From Acidimicrobiia bacterium (GTDB lineage: Bacteria > Actinomycetota > Acidimicrobiia > IMCC26256 > PALSA-610), in NCBI GenBank assembly GCA_026002935.1, contig BPGH01000001.1:963557-1027556 (forward strand): a stretch of DNA of 64,000 nt, given 5' to 3'. Shown in pieces: positions 52,916 to 63,454 of the stretch. The notes beneath the pieces are model-generated. The model was not told the origin of the DNA. It was given only the letters and a program-made list of their open reading frames with translations, and searched no databases. The position numbers were made by a program, and so were the translations under genes. Every line of letters begins with the position of its first letter. Position 1 is the stretch's first letter.

Positions 52916-55272
52916 GTGCGGCCTCCGGCTCGGTGGTGGTGTGGTACGGCACGCGCGTCCCGTTCCCGGAGCAGCGAGACGATGCGCGCCGGCGACAGCG
53001 GCAGTTCGGTCACGTCGACGCCGAACGGCGCGAGCGCGTCGGCGACGGCGTTGACCACGGCGGGCGGTGCGCCGATCGCGCCGCCCTCGCCGACGCCCTT
53101 GAACCCGCCGGGCCCCGGGCTCGGCGTCTCGATGTGCCCGTACTCGATCGGCGGCACCTCGGCGGCCGACGGGACGAGGTAGTCCATGAACGTCGTGGCG
53201 AGCGGGTTCCCCTCGTCGTCGTACGCCAGGTGCTCGAACAGCACCCCCCCGATGCCCTGCACGACGCCGCCCGCGATCTGGCCCTCGACGACGTCGGGGT
53301 TGATCATCGGTCCGCAGTCCTCGCTCACGACGTAGCGCAGGAGCTGCACGCGGCCGGTCTCCACGTCCACCTCACAGGTGCAGACGTGCGTGGCATTCAC
53401 CCAGATGGAGGTGTTCGCAGCCGTGTAGCGCGCGCTCGCCTCGAGGCCCGCGGGCACGCCCTCGGGGAGTGACTGCGGCTGGAAGTACGCGATGCCGGCG
53501 ATCTCGCCGAGGGTCAGGCCCGCCGAAGGGGTGCCGCGCACGAACGCGCGGCTGCCCGCGAGCTCGATGTCGTCGACCGCGGCCTCGAGGCGGTGCGCCG
53601 CGATGGCCCGGATCCGGTCGCGCAGCACCGCGGCGGTCTCGCGGATCGCGCCCGCGGTCATGGAGCCGCTGCGACTGCCGGCCGCACCGGCGCCGAAGCC
53701 GGTGACCGCCGTGTCGCCCTGGATCGTGTGCACGTCCTCGATTCGGGCGCCCAGCGCGTCGGCCGCGAGCTGCACGACCGTCGTCTCGATGCTGTTCCCG
53801 GTCGAGCCGCCCGCGATGTACACGTTGACGACCCCCGACGGCTCGATCCGGATCGTGGCGGCCTCGGTCGCGTAGTAGCCGTAGCCGGGTGTCGACGGTT
53901 CGACGTAGGTCGCGATCCCGATGCCGGGGTACCGTCCGGCGGCGCGGGCGGCGGCCTGCTCGGCCCGGAAGCCTTCGTAGTCGACGATCGCGAGCGCCTG
54001 CTCGAGCGTCTCGAGCGGCGAGACGTGGTCGTAGGTCATCCCGTTGGGGTTGGTGTACGGCAGGTCCTCGCGCCGCAGGAGGTTGCGGCGGCGCAGCTCG
54101 GCCGGGTCGATCCCGAGGCGGCGGGCGGCGATGTCGATCAGCACCTCCCGGGCCAGCGACTCGAACTGCCACGGCCCGCGGTACGCGGCCCGCCCGACGG
54201 TGTTCGTGTACACGGTCTTCACCGAGAAGCCGGCGCGGGGCACCCGGTAGGGACCCGGGAACAGCACGCCGACCGCGGCCGCGGTGGTCACGGGCCAGGG
54301 GCTCGGGTAGGCGCCGCAGTCCTGCACGAAGTCGAGTGCGCGGCGGTGATCCGGCCCTGCTCGTCGAAGGCCATCGTCGCGGTGCCGTGCTCCTGGCGCG
54401 ACTTGCCCGCGGCGAGCAGGTTCTCCCGCCGGTCCTCGACCCACTTCAGCGGTGCGCCGACCTTCGGCGCCGCGAGCATGATGCACATGTCGTCGCGCTG
54501 CACGACGATCTTCTGGCCGAAGCCGCCGCCGGTGTCACGCATGATCACCCGGACGCGGTGCTCGGGGATCCCGAGCAGGCGTGCGCAGAACATGCGCCAC
54601 TCGTGGGGTGACTGGGTGGCGGCGTGGATCGTCAGCTCGCCCGTCGCCGGCGAGTAGTCGACGACCATGCCGCGTCCCTCCATCGGCGCGGGCACGTACG
54701 CGTGCTGCACGATCCTCTCGTCTGACGACCAGCGCCGCCGCGTCGAGCTGCTCCTGCAGGGCCGCGAGCGGACGGCCGGACAGCTCGCCGATCACGTTGG
54801 AACCGTGCGACTCGTGCACGAGTGCGTCGGCGTGCTCCGCGGTCGTGTAGTCGACGACCGGCGGCAGGGGTTCGTAGTCGACCACGACCAGCTCGGCGGC
54901 GTCGTGCGCGATCGCGAGGGTCTCGGCCACGACGAGGGCGACCGGGTCGCCGACGAAGCGCACCTCGCCCTCCGCGAGCGGCGGCCGGGGCGTCTCGGGA
55001 CCCTGGGGCCCGACGGACGTGTGCCACTGCTCCCTCACGCCGGGGTTGAGGTCGGCGGCGGTGAACACGTGCCGCACGCCCGGCACGGCCAGGGCCTCGG
55101 ACGCGTCGATGCCGCGGATCGCCGCGCGCGCGTACGGGCTGCGCACGAACCGGGCGTGGAGCATGCCGGGCAGCGTCACGTCGTCGACGTAGGTCCCGCG
55201 GCCGGTGAGCAGCCGCGTGTCCTCGACGCGCGGGACGCGCGCGCCGACGTACCGCGCGGCCGCCGTCGTCAC
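52912..55272 (-). CDS. Xanthine dehydrogenase-family molybdopterin-binding large subunit; indels near 54337 and 54715
   Basis: RVEDTRLLTGRGTYVDD, GGGFGQK, AYRGPW, DCGPMINP..VEGQIAGG, KGVGEGG. Confidence 0.9.
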
Positions 55273-56009
55273 GGGATGACCGCGACCCGGCCGCCGTCGA
55301 CCGGGATGACGGCGGCGGTCACGAACGACGCGCGGTCGGAGCACAGGAAGGCGGCGACCTCCGCGACCTCCTCGGCCCGGCCGAGGCGGCGCATCGGGGT
55401 GTTGTCGGCCGCACCCGGGAAGTGGTCGAGCGCCGCGCCCATCCCCTCGGTCCTGATGTAGCCGGGGCAGACGCAGTTGACGCGGATGCCCTTCGCGGCG
55501 TACTCGATCGCGGCGGTCTTGGTGAGCGAGACCACGCCGGCCTTGGCGGCGGAGTAGACGCCGGTGGCGGGGGAGGCGTTGAGCCCGCCGATCGACGACC
55601 AATTCACGATCGCTCCGCCGTTGCCGCACTCCAGCATCGTGCGGATCGCGTGCTTCGTGCCGAGCAGCACGCCGCGCAGGTCGATGTCCATGACGCGGTC
55701 GTACTGCTCCATCGTGACGTCGGCGATCTTCGCGGCGTCACCGATCCCGGCGACGTTGCACACGGCGTCGAGGCGACCGAATTCCTCCACCGCGGCGCGC
55801 ATCATGGCCTCGACGTCCGACTCGCGTGTGACGTCGCAGTGCACCGCGAGCACGCCGGTGCCGACCTCGGCGGCCGTGTCCTTCTGCGCGCCGCTGACGT
55901 CCGCGGCGACGACCTTCGCACCCTCGCGGGCGAACACCTGGACCGACGCCCGGCCCATCCCGGAGCCGGCGCCGGTGACGACGGCGACCTTCCCATCGAG
56001 CAGCGCCAT
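55269..56009 (-). CDS. Short-chain dehydrogenase/reductase
   Basis: TGAGSGMG, YSAAK, VNCVCPG, VDGG. Confidence 0.93.
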   Translation of the reverse strand: MALLDGKVAVVTGAGSGMGRASVQVFAREGAKVVAADVSGAQKDTAAEVGTGVLAVHCDVTRESDVEAMMRAAVEEFGRLDAVCNVAGIGDAAKIADVTMEQYDRVMDIDLRGVLLGTKHAIRTMLECGNGGAIVNWSSIGGLNASPATGVYSAAKAGVVSLTKTAAIEYAAKGIRVNCVCPGYIRTEGMGAALDHFPGAADNTPMRRLGRAEEVAEVAAFLCSDRASFVTAAVIPVDGGRVAVIP

Positions 56010-56158
56010 GCGGTGATCCCCCTCCCGGCGCGCCGGGTGCGCCGGGCCACGATTTCGCGTCAGGAATGTGCCACGAAATGTCCCGCGCCGCAACCCCGCG
56101 ACGCGGGGAGCCCGGTCCCGGGCCCGGCCCCGCGCGCCGGGTGGGTAGCGTCGCCGTG

Positions 56159-57131
56159 ATGAGCGGCCGAGCCGTCGACGAGACCCGGTGCCGGGGTCGC
56201 GCCTGACCAACCTCGACCAGCCGTTGTTCGACGGTGCGGGTGCCACCAAGCGCGACCTCGTCGACTACCTCGACGCGGTCCACGACCGCATCCTCCCCGT
56301 GCTTCGCGATCGCCCGCTCTCCGTGATCCGCGTGCACCGCGGTCACGACGCCTTCATGCAGAAGAACGTCCCGAAGTACACGACCCGCGTGGGTGCCGAC
56401 CGTGCGGTGGTGGGCCGAGACGTCCAAGCGGGAGGTCTCGTACGCGCTGTGCAACGACCGGCGCACGCTGCTGTGGTTCGCGAACCAGCGCGCGGTGGAG
56501 TACCACCCCGCGCTGGTGCGTGCGGACCGTCCCGACCGGGTCACGCACCTCGTGCTCGACCTCGACCCGCCCGAGCCGGACGGGTTCTCGTCGGCGGTAC
56601 GCGCCGCGCATCTCGTCCGCCGCGCGCTCGCCGACGCCGGCCTCGAGGGCGCGGTGAAGACCAGTGGCGCGAAGGGCGTGCACGTGTTCGTCCCGATCGA
56701 CGACGGACCCGGTCGAGGACGCCGCGGCCGCGACGCGCGCGATCGCGGCGCGCGCCGAGCGGCTCGATCCCGAGGTCGCGACGACCGCGTTCCTCAAGGA
56801 GGAGCGCGGACCGCGGGTCTACGTCGACCCGACCCGCGTGGGTGCGGCCACGGTCGTCGCGGCGTACAGCCCGCGCGTGCGGCCCGGCACGCCCGTCTCG
56901 TTCCCGCTGGGCTGGGACGAGCTCGACGCCGTCGAGCCCCGCGACCTCACCATCCACACCGCGCTGGGCCGGCTGGGCGGGCGCGACCCCTGGGCCGAGC
57001 TGATGCCGGACCCGTTCCCGATCCCGCCCGGTCTGGTGGAGGAGGGACGTGCCATCCCGCCCCCGCGTGTCGGGGCGATGCGGGAGGGGCGCCGGCGGGC
57101 CCGGGCCCGGCGCACGGCCGGCGGCGGGTGA
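56159..57131 (+). CDS. Stand-alone LigD-type primase-polymerase; several indels
   Basis: LTNLDQ, TKRDLVDY, FMQKN, ANQRAVEYH, LDLDP, KTSGAKGVHV, AAYSPR...VSFPLGWDEL across frames. Confidence 0.85.
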
Positions 57132-57219
57132 CCGCACCGGCGGCGGCCGCCGCGCGTGTGCCATCGTCACCGGGCGCGGGCGGCGCGCCCGGTGCCGACG
57201 CGTCCGGAGGGCACCCACG

Positions 57220-58065
57220 GTGGAGCGACGAGACCTGACCGGCCTGCTCGAGCTCGAGCAGCTCGACCGGGACCTGTTCCGCGGGCGCAACGAGCCCGGG
57301 GCGCGCGCCCGCCTCTCGCTGTACGGGGGTCAGGTCGCCGCGCAGGCGCTGCGCGCCGCGGGCGCGACCGTCCCGGCGGACCGCCTGCCGCACTCGCTGC
57401 ACGGCTACTTCCTGCGCCCGGGCCGCGTCGACCTGCCGGTGGTGTTCCACGTCGACCGTGACCGCGACGGCGGGTCGTTCTCGGCCCGCCACGTGCGCGC
57501 CGTGCAGGACGGCGAGGTGATCTTCTCGATGCTCGCGTCGTTCAACACCCGCGAGGAGGCGCCGGCGTTCGACGCGGTCGCGACGCGCGGGGGGCCGCCG
57601 GCCGAGACGCTGCCGCCGCGTCCGTCGCCGCTGCTCGTGGAGGTGCGCGAGGTGACCCCGACGCGCGTCGCCGACGGGCAGGTGCGCCACTCCGACCGCC
57701 TCTGGGTGCGCGCGGCGTCGCGGCTGCCCGACGACCCGCTGGTGCACGCGTGCGCGCTGATCTACGTCTCCGACCTCGGGTCGGGCTTCGGGCAGGTCGA
57801 GGTGCCGGGCCTCGCCGCGGGCGGTCCGAGCATCGACCACGCGGTCTGGTTCCACGAGCCGGTCCGCGCCGACGAGTGGATGCTGCTCGAGCTCTGGCCG
57901 ATGAAGGCGGGCGGCGCGCGCGGCGTGTACGCCGGGTCGCTGCGCGGCACCGACGGACGGCTCGGCGCCGTCCTCGTGCAGGAGATGTTGCTGCGCGAGC
58001 GGCCGCTCTCCCCCGAGATCCTGCGGCGCGTCGCGGAGTATCTCGGGGTCACCCCCGACGACTGA
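57220..58065 (+). CDS. Acyl-CoA thioesterase II family
   Basis: LYGGQVAAQAL, HSLHGYFLRPG, RDGGSFSAR, YVSD, SIDHAVWFH, QE. Confidence 0.92.
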   Translation: MERRDLTGLLELEQLDRDLFRGRNEPGARARLSLYGGQVAAQALRAAGATVPADRLPHSLHGYFLRPGRVDLPVVFHVDRDRDGGSFSARHVRAVQDGEVIFSMLASFNTREEAPAFDAVATRGGPPAETLPPRPSPLLVEVREVTPTRVADGQVRHSDRLWVRAASRLPDDPLVHACALIYVSDLGSGFGQVEVPGLAAGGPSIDHAVWFHEPVRADEWMLLELWPMKAGGARGVYAGSLRGTDGRLGAVLVQEMLLRERPLSPEILRRVAEYLGVTPDD

Positions 58066-58105
58066 GTCCGGCGGCGGTGCGGGCACCCGGCGCTAGCGTG
58101 GACCG

Positions 58106-58916
58106 GTGACCGGCGACGGGCGCCCGCACGCGCACTACACCCACGGGCACGCGGAGGCCGTGTTGCGCTCGCACCGGTGGCGCACGGTGGAGAACTCCGC
58201 CCCGCACCTGCTGGCCCGGCTCGTGCCGGGCACGAGCGTGCTCGACGTGGGCTGCGGCCCCGGCACCGTCACCGCCGGGATCGCGGCGCGCGTCGCACCC
58301 GGCGCCGTGGTCGGGATCGACTCGTCCGAGGAGGTCGTCGCGCTCGCGGCCGCCGGCCCGCACCCGCCCAACGCGACGTTCCGCGTCGGCGACGCGTACG
58401 CCCTCGGGGTGGCCGACGGCGCGTTCGACGTCGTGCACGAGCACCAGGTGCTCCACCACGTCGCGGACCCCGTCGCCGTGGTGCGCGAGATGCGGCGCGC
58501 CTGCCGCCCGGGCGGCACCGTGTCGCTGCGCGAGACGGACTACGGCGCGATGTCGTGGTGGCCGCAGCTCCCCGGGCTCGACCGCTGGCGCGACCTGTTC
58601 CGGGAGGTCACGCGCGCGAACGGCGGGGAGCCGGACGCCGGTCGCCGGCTCGTGCGCTGGGCCCACGCCGCCGGGCTCACCGGATCTCGTCGTGAGCGCG
58701 TCGGTCTGGTCGTTCGCCACGCCCGGGGACCGGGAGTGGTGGGCGCAGACGTGGGCCGAGCGCACGACCGGGCCGCCGTTCGCCGACCGTGCCGTCGGGC
58801 TCGGGCTCGCGTCGCGCGCCGTGCTGGAGTCGTGCGCGGCGGCCTGGCGGGAGTGGGCGTCCGATCCCGACGCGTGCTTCCTCGTGCCCCACGTGGAGGT
58901 GCTGGCGACCGCCTGA
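58106..58916 (+). CDS. Class I SAM methyltransferase (UbiE-like); indel near 58685
   Basis: YTHGH...SHRWRTVENSA, VLDVGCGPGT, HQVLHHVADP, GGEPDAGRRL. Confidence 0.88.
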
Positions 58917-58931
58917 GCGTCCCGGGCCCGT

Positions 58932-59762
58932 TCAACGGGCGACGGCGATGTTCGTGTGCATCGGCACCACGATCTCGTCGCCGGCACGGTACTCGTCGAC
59001 GACGGCGCGTGTCGCGTCGGTGATCGCGGCGAGGTACCCGTCGAACAGCAGCGGATCCTGCGCGAACACGGGCACGACCGCGGCGTACGCGAATTCCATC
59101 CTCGCGACGAAGCTCTCCGCGTGCGGGAAGCGGGCCTCCACGACGTCCGTCCACACGTCGACGTGTCCGAAGCCTGCATCGAGCAGCAGCGACCGCAGCT
59201 CTTGCGGGTCGCCGAACGAGAACGGCGCCTCCAGCTCGGTCCTCGTCACCTCGACGCCCAGCCGGGCGAGGTGCGGCTCCTCGGCGTCGGCGAGCGCCGC
59301 GTAGAGCGGATGGCGATCGAGGCCCTGCCACACGGCGATCACCGCCGTTCCTCCGTCGCGCAAGGAGCACCGTTGCGCGCGGACTGCTGCCGGACGGTCG
59401 GCGAAGAACTGGAGCCCCTGCTGGCAGTAGCACACGTCGAACGACGCGTCGGGCAGCCCGAGGGTGCACGCGTCGGCCTCGTGGTACTCGATGGGCGCCG
59501 CGCCGGGATCGGCGGGGAACGACCGTGCCATGTCCAACATCGCCGGGTTGACGTCGACGCCCACGACGGTGCCGCCGCGTCCGACCTCGGTCGCGATCCG
59601 GCGGGTGAGGATCCCGGTGCCGCACGCCACGTCGAGCGCCCGCGCCCCTCGTGCGGGGCCGGCACGGGCGACGACCTTCTCGGCCAGGGGAGCGAAGATC
59701 GCGGGCCCGAAATAGGCCTGGTACGCCTGCGCGGGAGTGGCCGCGCTCTCGTCGATCGCCAT
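58932..59762 (-). CDS. Class I SAM methyltransferase
   Basis: ALDVACGTG, GVDVNPAML, FDVCYCQQGLQFF; GGAGG RBS. Confidence 0.92.
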   Translation of the reverse strand: MAIDESAATPAQAYQAYFGPAIFAPLAEKVVARAGPARGARALDVACGTGILTRRIATEVGRGGTVVGVDVNPAMLDMARSFPADPGAAPIEYHEADACTLGLPDASFDVCYCQQGLQFFADRPAAVRAQRCSLRDGGTAVIAVWQGLDRHPLYAALADAEEPHLARLGVEVTRTELEAPFSFGDPQELRSLLLDAGFGHVDVWTDVVEARFPHAESFVARMEFAYAAVVPVFAQDPLLFDGYLAAITDATRAVVDEYRAGDEIVVPMHTNIAVAR

Positions 59763-59871
59763 TCGGCACCTCCGCCGTCGCTGGCCGGCTCGGGGATCTG
59801 CCCACGTCTCAGGCGGTGCGACCGGGCGCAGAGGAGCCGGCCCCTCGACGGTACGGCCGGATCCCCGCCTT

Positions 59872-59892
59872 CGCATCGGTGGTACCACCCAT
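59872..59892 (-). promoter_or_regulatory. Candidate LuxR-type activator box
   Basis: Minus strand ATGGG-TGGTACCA-CCGAT-GCG, 18 nt before -10 TACCGT; lies between luxR and the methyltransferase. Confidence 0.55.
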
Positions 59893-59908
59893 CCGATCAC
59901 CCATCCCG

Positions 59909-61600
59909 TCACGGTTGCCCGGTGCGTGGTCGCCGGGCAGTCGCCGGGGTCCGGCCGGCCGCGACGACGAATCGGACCGCCGCGGCGCGGGCCGCGCGTC
60001 CGTGCAGGCCGAGCTTGCGGTAGGCGCCGGCGAGGTGGCGTTCGACGGTGCGCACGCTCAGGTACAGCCCCTGCGCGATCTCCCGGTTGGAGCAGCCGTC
60101 GGCGACCAGGCGCAGGATCTCGTGCTCACGCGCCGTGAGACCGCCCGTGACCCGGGACGCGGACCGGTGACCGGGCTCCGCGGCGCCGACGCACGCGCCG
60201 ATGCCGTCGAGCTCCTCGTGTGCCGCGTCCCGCTCCCGGCGCGCCGAGTCGGGACGGCCGATCTCCTCGTAGGCGCGCGCGACGACGAGTCGCGCGACCG
60301 CGGCATCGTACGGCAGCCGTAGCCGCTGGTAGAGGCGCAGAGCCCGTTCGAGCGGCGCCAGCGCGCCGGTGGCGTCGCCGCGCGCGAGGAGCACCGAGCC
60401 CGCCGCCAACTGCGCCTGCGCGTGCAGGCCCGTCGTGTCGAACACGGTGGCGACGTGGGCGAGCTCGTCGGCGGCGTCGGCCCCCGCGTCGATGTCGCCG
60501 ACGACCACGAGGATCGTGACCGCGGCGGCGAGCAGGCGCGCGCGGGTGAGAGGGTTGGGCGGGGCCGCCTCGAGCGCGCGGTTGATCTCCGCGACCGCGA
60601 GGTCGGTGCTGTCCCGGGCGAGATGGGTGAGCGCGAGCCCGGGGCACGGGTCCCGCCCGAGCCGGTGCGCCTCGGCGAACCAGGTCTCGGCCGCGTCGAG
60701 CCGTCCCCGCCGGCGCGCGAGGTCGCCGAGCGTGTACGCCGCCTCGCCGATCATCGCCGGCACGAAGCCGGCGAGCTCGTCGAGGACGCGACGGGCCTCG
60801 GCCTCCGCGTCGTCCCAGGCACCACGCGCGTCCAGCAGCTGGGCGCGGTGCACGCGGCAGATCCCCGCGAACGGCCCGGCGCCGGGCATCGACTCGCACC
60901 ACTGCGCAGTCGCCGCGGTCCACTCCGCGGCGCGGGCCCAGTCGGCGAGCTCCCAGCACGCCATCATGAGGCTGCAATAGATGTTGCCGGCCCACGCGGG
61001 GTCGAGGTCGTCCGACACCGCCGCGACCATCGCCTCGTCCAGCAACGCGAGGCCCGCCTGCACCTCGCCGCGCGAGATGAGCACGCGGCCGCGCTCCTGG
61101 ACGCCGAGGGCCACCAGCGTCGGGTCGCGATGGCGGCGACCGATCTCGATGACCTCGTGTGCGAGGCGCTCGGCCGCATCGAGGTCGCCGTCCGCGTGTG
61201 CATGCTCGGCCTCGACGTACCGCAGGTATCCCTGCTCGGCGCAGTCGGGATCGTCCTCGAGCTGGCGCCACGCGCGCCCGAGCCACCCGGTCGCCTGCGC
61301 CTCGTCGCCGCGGATCATGAACGTGTAGCCGACGTCCAGCGCCACGAGCGCCGCGGTGCGGTTGCGACCCTCGTCGAGGTAGCGGCGGTGGGCCCGCTGC
61401 AGCGCCGGCAGCGCCGTGTCGAGGTCGCCGAGCCACCACGAGCAGTTCGCGAGCGCGTACAGGTCGTCGCCGTCGAGGCGATCGGCGCCGGCGCCGGTGA
61501 ACGCGGCACGCGCCGCGACCCAGTCGCGCGCCCCGTAGGCGGCCCGGGCACGCGCGAGGTCCTCGCGCTCGGTCCCGCCCGTCCCGGCTCGCGCGGCCAT
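59909..61600 (-). CDS. LuxR/MalT-like regulator (TPR region plus C-terminal HTH)
   Basis: GLALLDEAM, GNIYC, CRVHRAQ; LTAREHEILRLVADGCSNREIAQGLYLSVRTVERH. Confidence 0.9.
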   Translation of the reverse strand: MAARAGTGGTEREDLARARAAYGARDWVAARAAFTGAGADRLDGDDLYALANCSWWLGDLDTALPALQRAHRRYLDEGRNRTAALVALDVGYTFMIRGDEAQATGWLGRAWRQLEDDPDCAEQGYLRYVEAEHAHADGDLDAAERLAHEVIEIGRRHRDPTLVALGVQERGRVLISRGEVQAGLALLDEAMVAAVSDDLDPAWAGNIYCSLMMACWELADWARAAEWTAATAQWCESMPGAGPFAGICRVHRAQLLDARGAWDDAEAEARRVLDELAGFVPAMIGEAAYTLGDLARRRGRLDAAETWFAEAHRLGRDPCPGLALTHLARDSTDLAVAEINRALEAAPPNPLTRARLLAAAVTILVVVGDIDAGADAADELAHVATVFDTTGLHAQAQLAAGSVLLARGDATGALAPLERALRLYQRLRLPYDAAVARLVVARAYEEIGRPDSARRERDAAHEELDGIGACVGAAEPGHRSASRVTGGLTAREHEILRLVADGCSNREIAQGLYLSVRTVERHLAGAYRKLGLHGRAARAAAVRFVVAAGRTPATARRPRTGQP

Positions 61601-61678
61601 CGGGCAGATCGTACGGTGGCCGTTGCCCCGGCGCCCGGCGGTTGTGGGGCCGGCCCGCCGCAGGGGACGATCGTGTCG

Positions 61679-62943
61679 ATGACGTTCCCCACGCGAGCCC
61701 GACGCCGGCCGCCGCCGGGATGGATCCCGGCCCGCCTCGCGCGCATCGACGAGCACCTGCGCAGTCGGTACGTCGGAGCCCGGCAAGATCGCCGGCTGCC
61801 AGGTGCTCGTCGCGCGCCACGGCCACGTCGCCCACCGCTCCTCGATCGGCTGCATGGACCGCGAGCGCGCCGTTCCCGTCGGGGACGACACGATCTGGCG
61901 CTGGTACTCGATGACCAAGCCGGTCACGGGTGTCGCCGCTCCTGACGCTGCTACGAGCAGGGCGCGCCTGAAGCTCACCGATCCCGTCCACCGCTTCCTC
62001 CCCGAGTGGCGGGACGCGAAGGTGCGCGTCCGCGCAACGGCGACGGCTCCACGTCGCTGGTCGCGCCCGCAGCGTCCCATGTCGGTGCGCGACGCGCTCA
62101 TGCACATGACCGGCATCGGCTACGGGCCGCGCGAGCGCGCGCTTCGACACGGCGGCGATCGCTCCAGGGACGGCCGATACGCGCCGATCGACCCCGGCGG
62201 CCACGCTCGGCGACCTCAGCGTCATGCTCGCGGCCGAGCCCCTGCGTTCGCACCCGGGGACCCGCTGGTTCTACTCGTGGTCGACCGACCTCTGCGCGCG
62301 CCTCGTCGAGGTCGCGTCTCGGCCGTGCGCTTCTCCGCAGTACCTGCGCGAGGTCGGTCCTCGGGCCGCTCGGCATGGTCGACACCGGGTTCTTCGGTGC
62401 CCGGAGGACGCGGCCCACCGCGTCGCCGCCCTCTATGCGAGCGCGCGCCCGACAAGTCGCTGCGCCTCGTCGACGACCCGGCGCGCCGCCGCCTCACCCG
62501 CCCGCCCGCCCTCGAGTCGGGGGGCGGCGGGCTCGTCGGCACCATCGACGACTACGCGCGCTTCTGCCAGATGCTCCTCGGCGGCGGGCAGCTCGCCGGC
62601 ACCCGCGTCCTCGGCCGCCCGACCGTCGAGCTCATGCGCACCAACCACCTGCCCGGGTGGGGGTGAGCTGCGCGACTTCGCCGTGCCCGGTGCGTACGGC
62701 GAGGTCGGCTTCGAGGGCAACGGGTTCGGGCTCACGGTCGCGGTCGGCCTCGGGCCGCGGCCGCCACGGCGACGGCCGCGCCCGCGGGCACGTTCATGTG
62801 GGGCGGCGCGGCGTCGACGATCTTCTGGATCGACCCGGTCGAGGACCTGTTCGTCGTGTTCATGACCCAGCTCCTGCCCTCGGGCACGTTCGACTTCCGC
62901 GGCCAGCTCACGGCGCTCGTCGTACGCGGCGATCGACGACTGA
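61679..62943 (+). CDS. Serine hydrolase (beta-lactamase/esterase family); many indels
   Basis: YSMTKP, LMHMTG, WFYS, GGGGLVGT, WGGAAST.FWIDP across frames. Confidence 0.8.
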
Positions 62944-63029
62944 CGCGAACGCGTCGCGGCTCCTTGACCTCGAGTGCGGTCGAAGTCGTACGGTCCCGGG
63001 GACCGACGAGACGGAACGAGGAGATCCCG

Positions 63030-63407
63030 ATGGCCGTGCACCTCGACCACACGATCGTCCCCGCCTCGTGACCCGCAGGCGTCGGCGCGCTTCGCGGCCG
63101 ACGTGCTCGGGCTGCCGGAGCCCCGGCAGGTCGGCCGCTTCTCGCGTGGTCGAGACCGCCAACGGCGTGCAGCCTCGACTTCATGGCGGCCGGCGGCCCG
63201 GTCGCCTCGCAGCACTACGCGTTCTGGATCTCGCGAGGCCGAGTTCGACGACGTCTTGCGACCGCATCCGGGCCCGGGGGCTGGCCGGCACTGGGCGGAC
63301 CCGGCGACGGTCGCGCCCCGACGAGATCAACCACCGGCAGCGGTGGGCGCGGCGTCTACTTCGAGGATCCCGACGGGCACCTCCTGGAGGTCCTCACCCG
63401 GCGCTGA
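63030..63407 (+). CDS. VOC (glyoxalase/bleomycin-resistance) family protein; indels
   Basis: LDHTIV, F.ADVLGL, QHYAF, GGRGVYFEDPDGHLLEVLT. Confidence 0.8.
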
Positions 63408-63454
63408 GCCCCCGCCACCCGGACGGGCCCGTGGGCGTCGGGTACCGTCCGGCG

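Noticed and set aside
52912-55272. Aerobic CO dehydrogenase CoxL
   Set aside because: Active-site loop is AYRGPW, not AYxCSFR; no coxM, coxS or accessory genes
61679-62943. True beta-lactamase resistance gene
   Set aside because: SMTK, LxxHxxG and WGG motifs fit family VIII esterase-like serine hydrolases; resistance cannot be inferred
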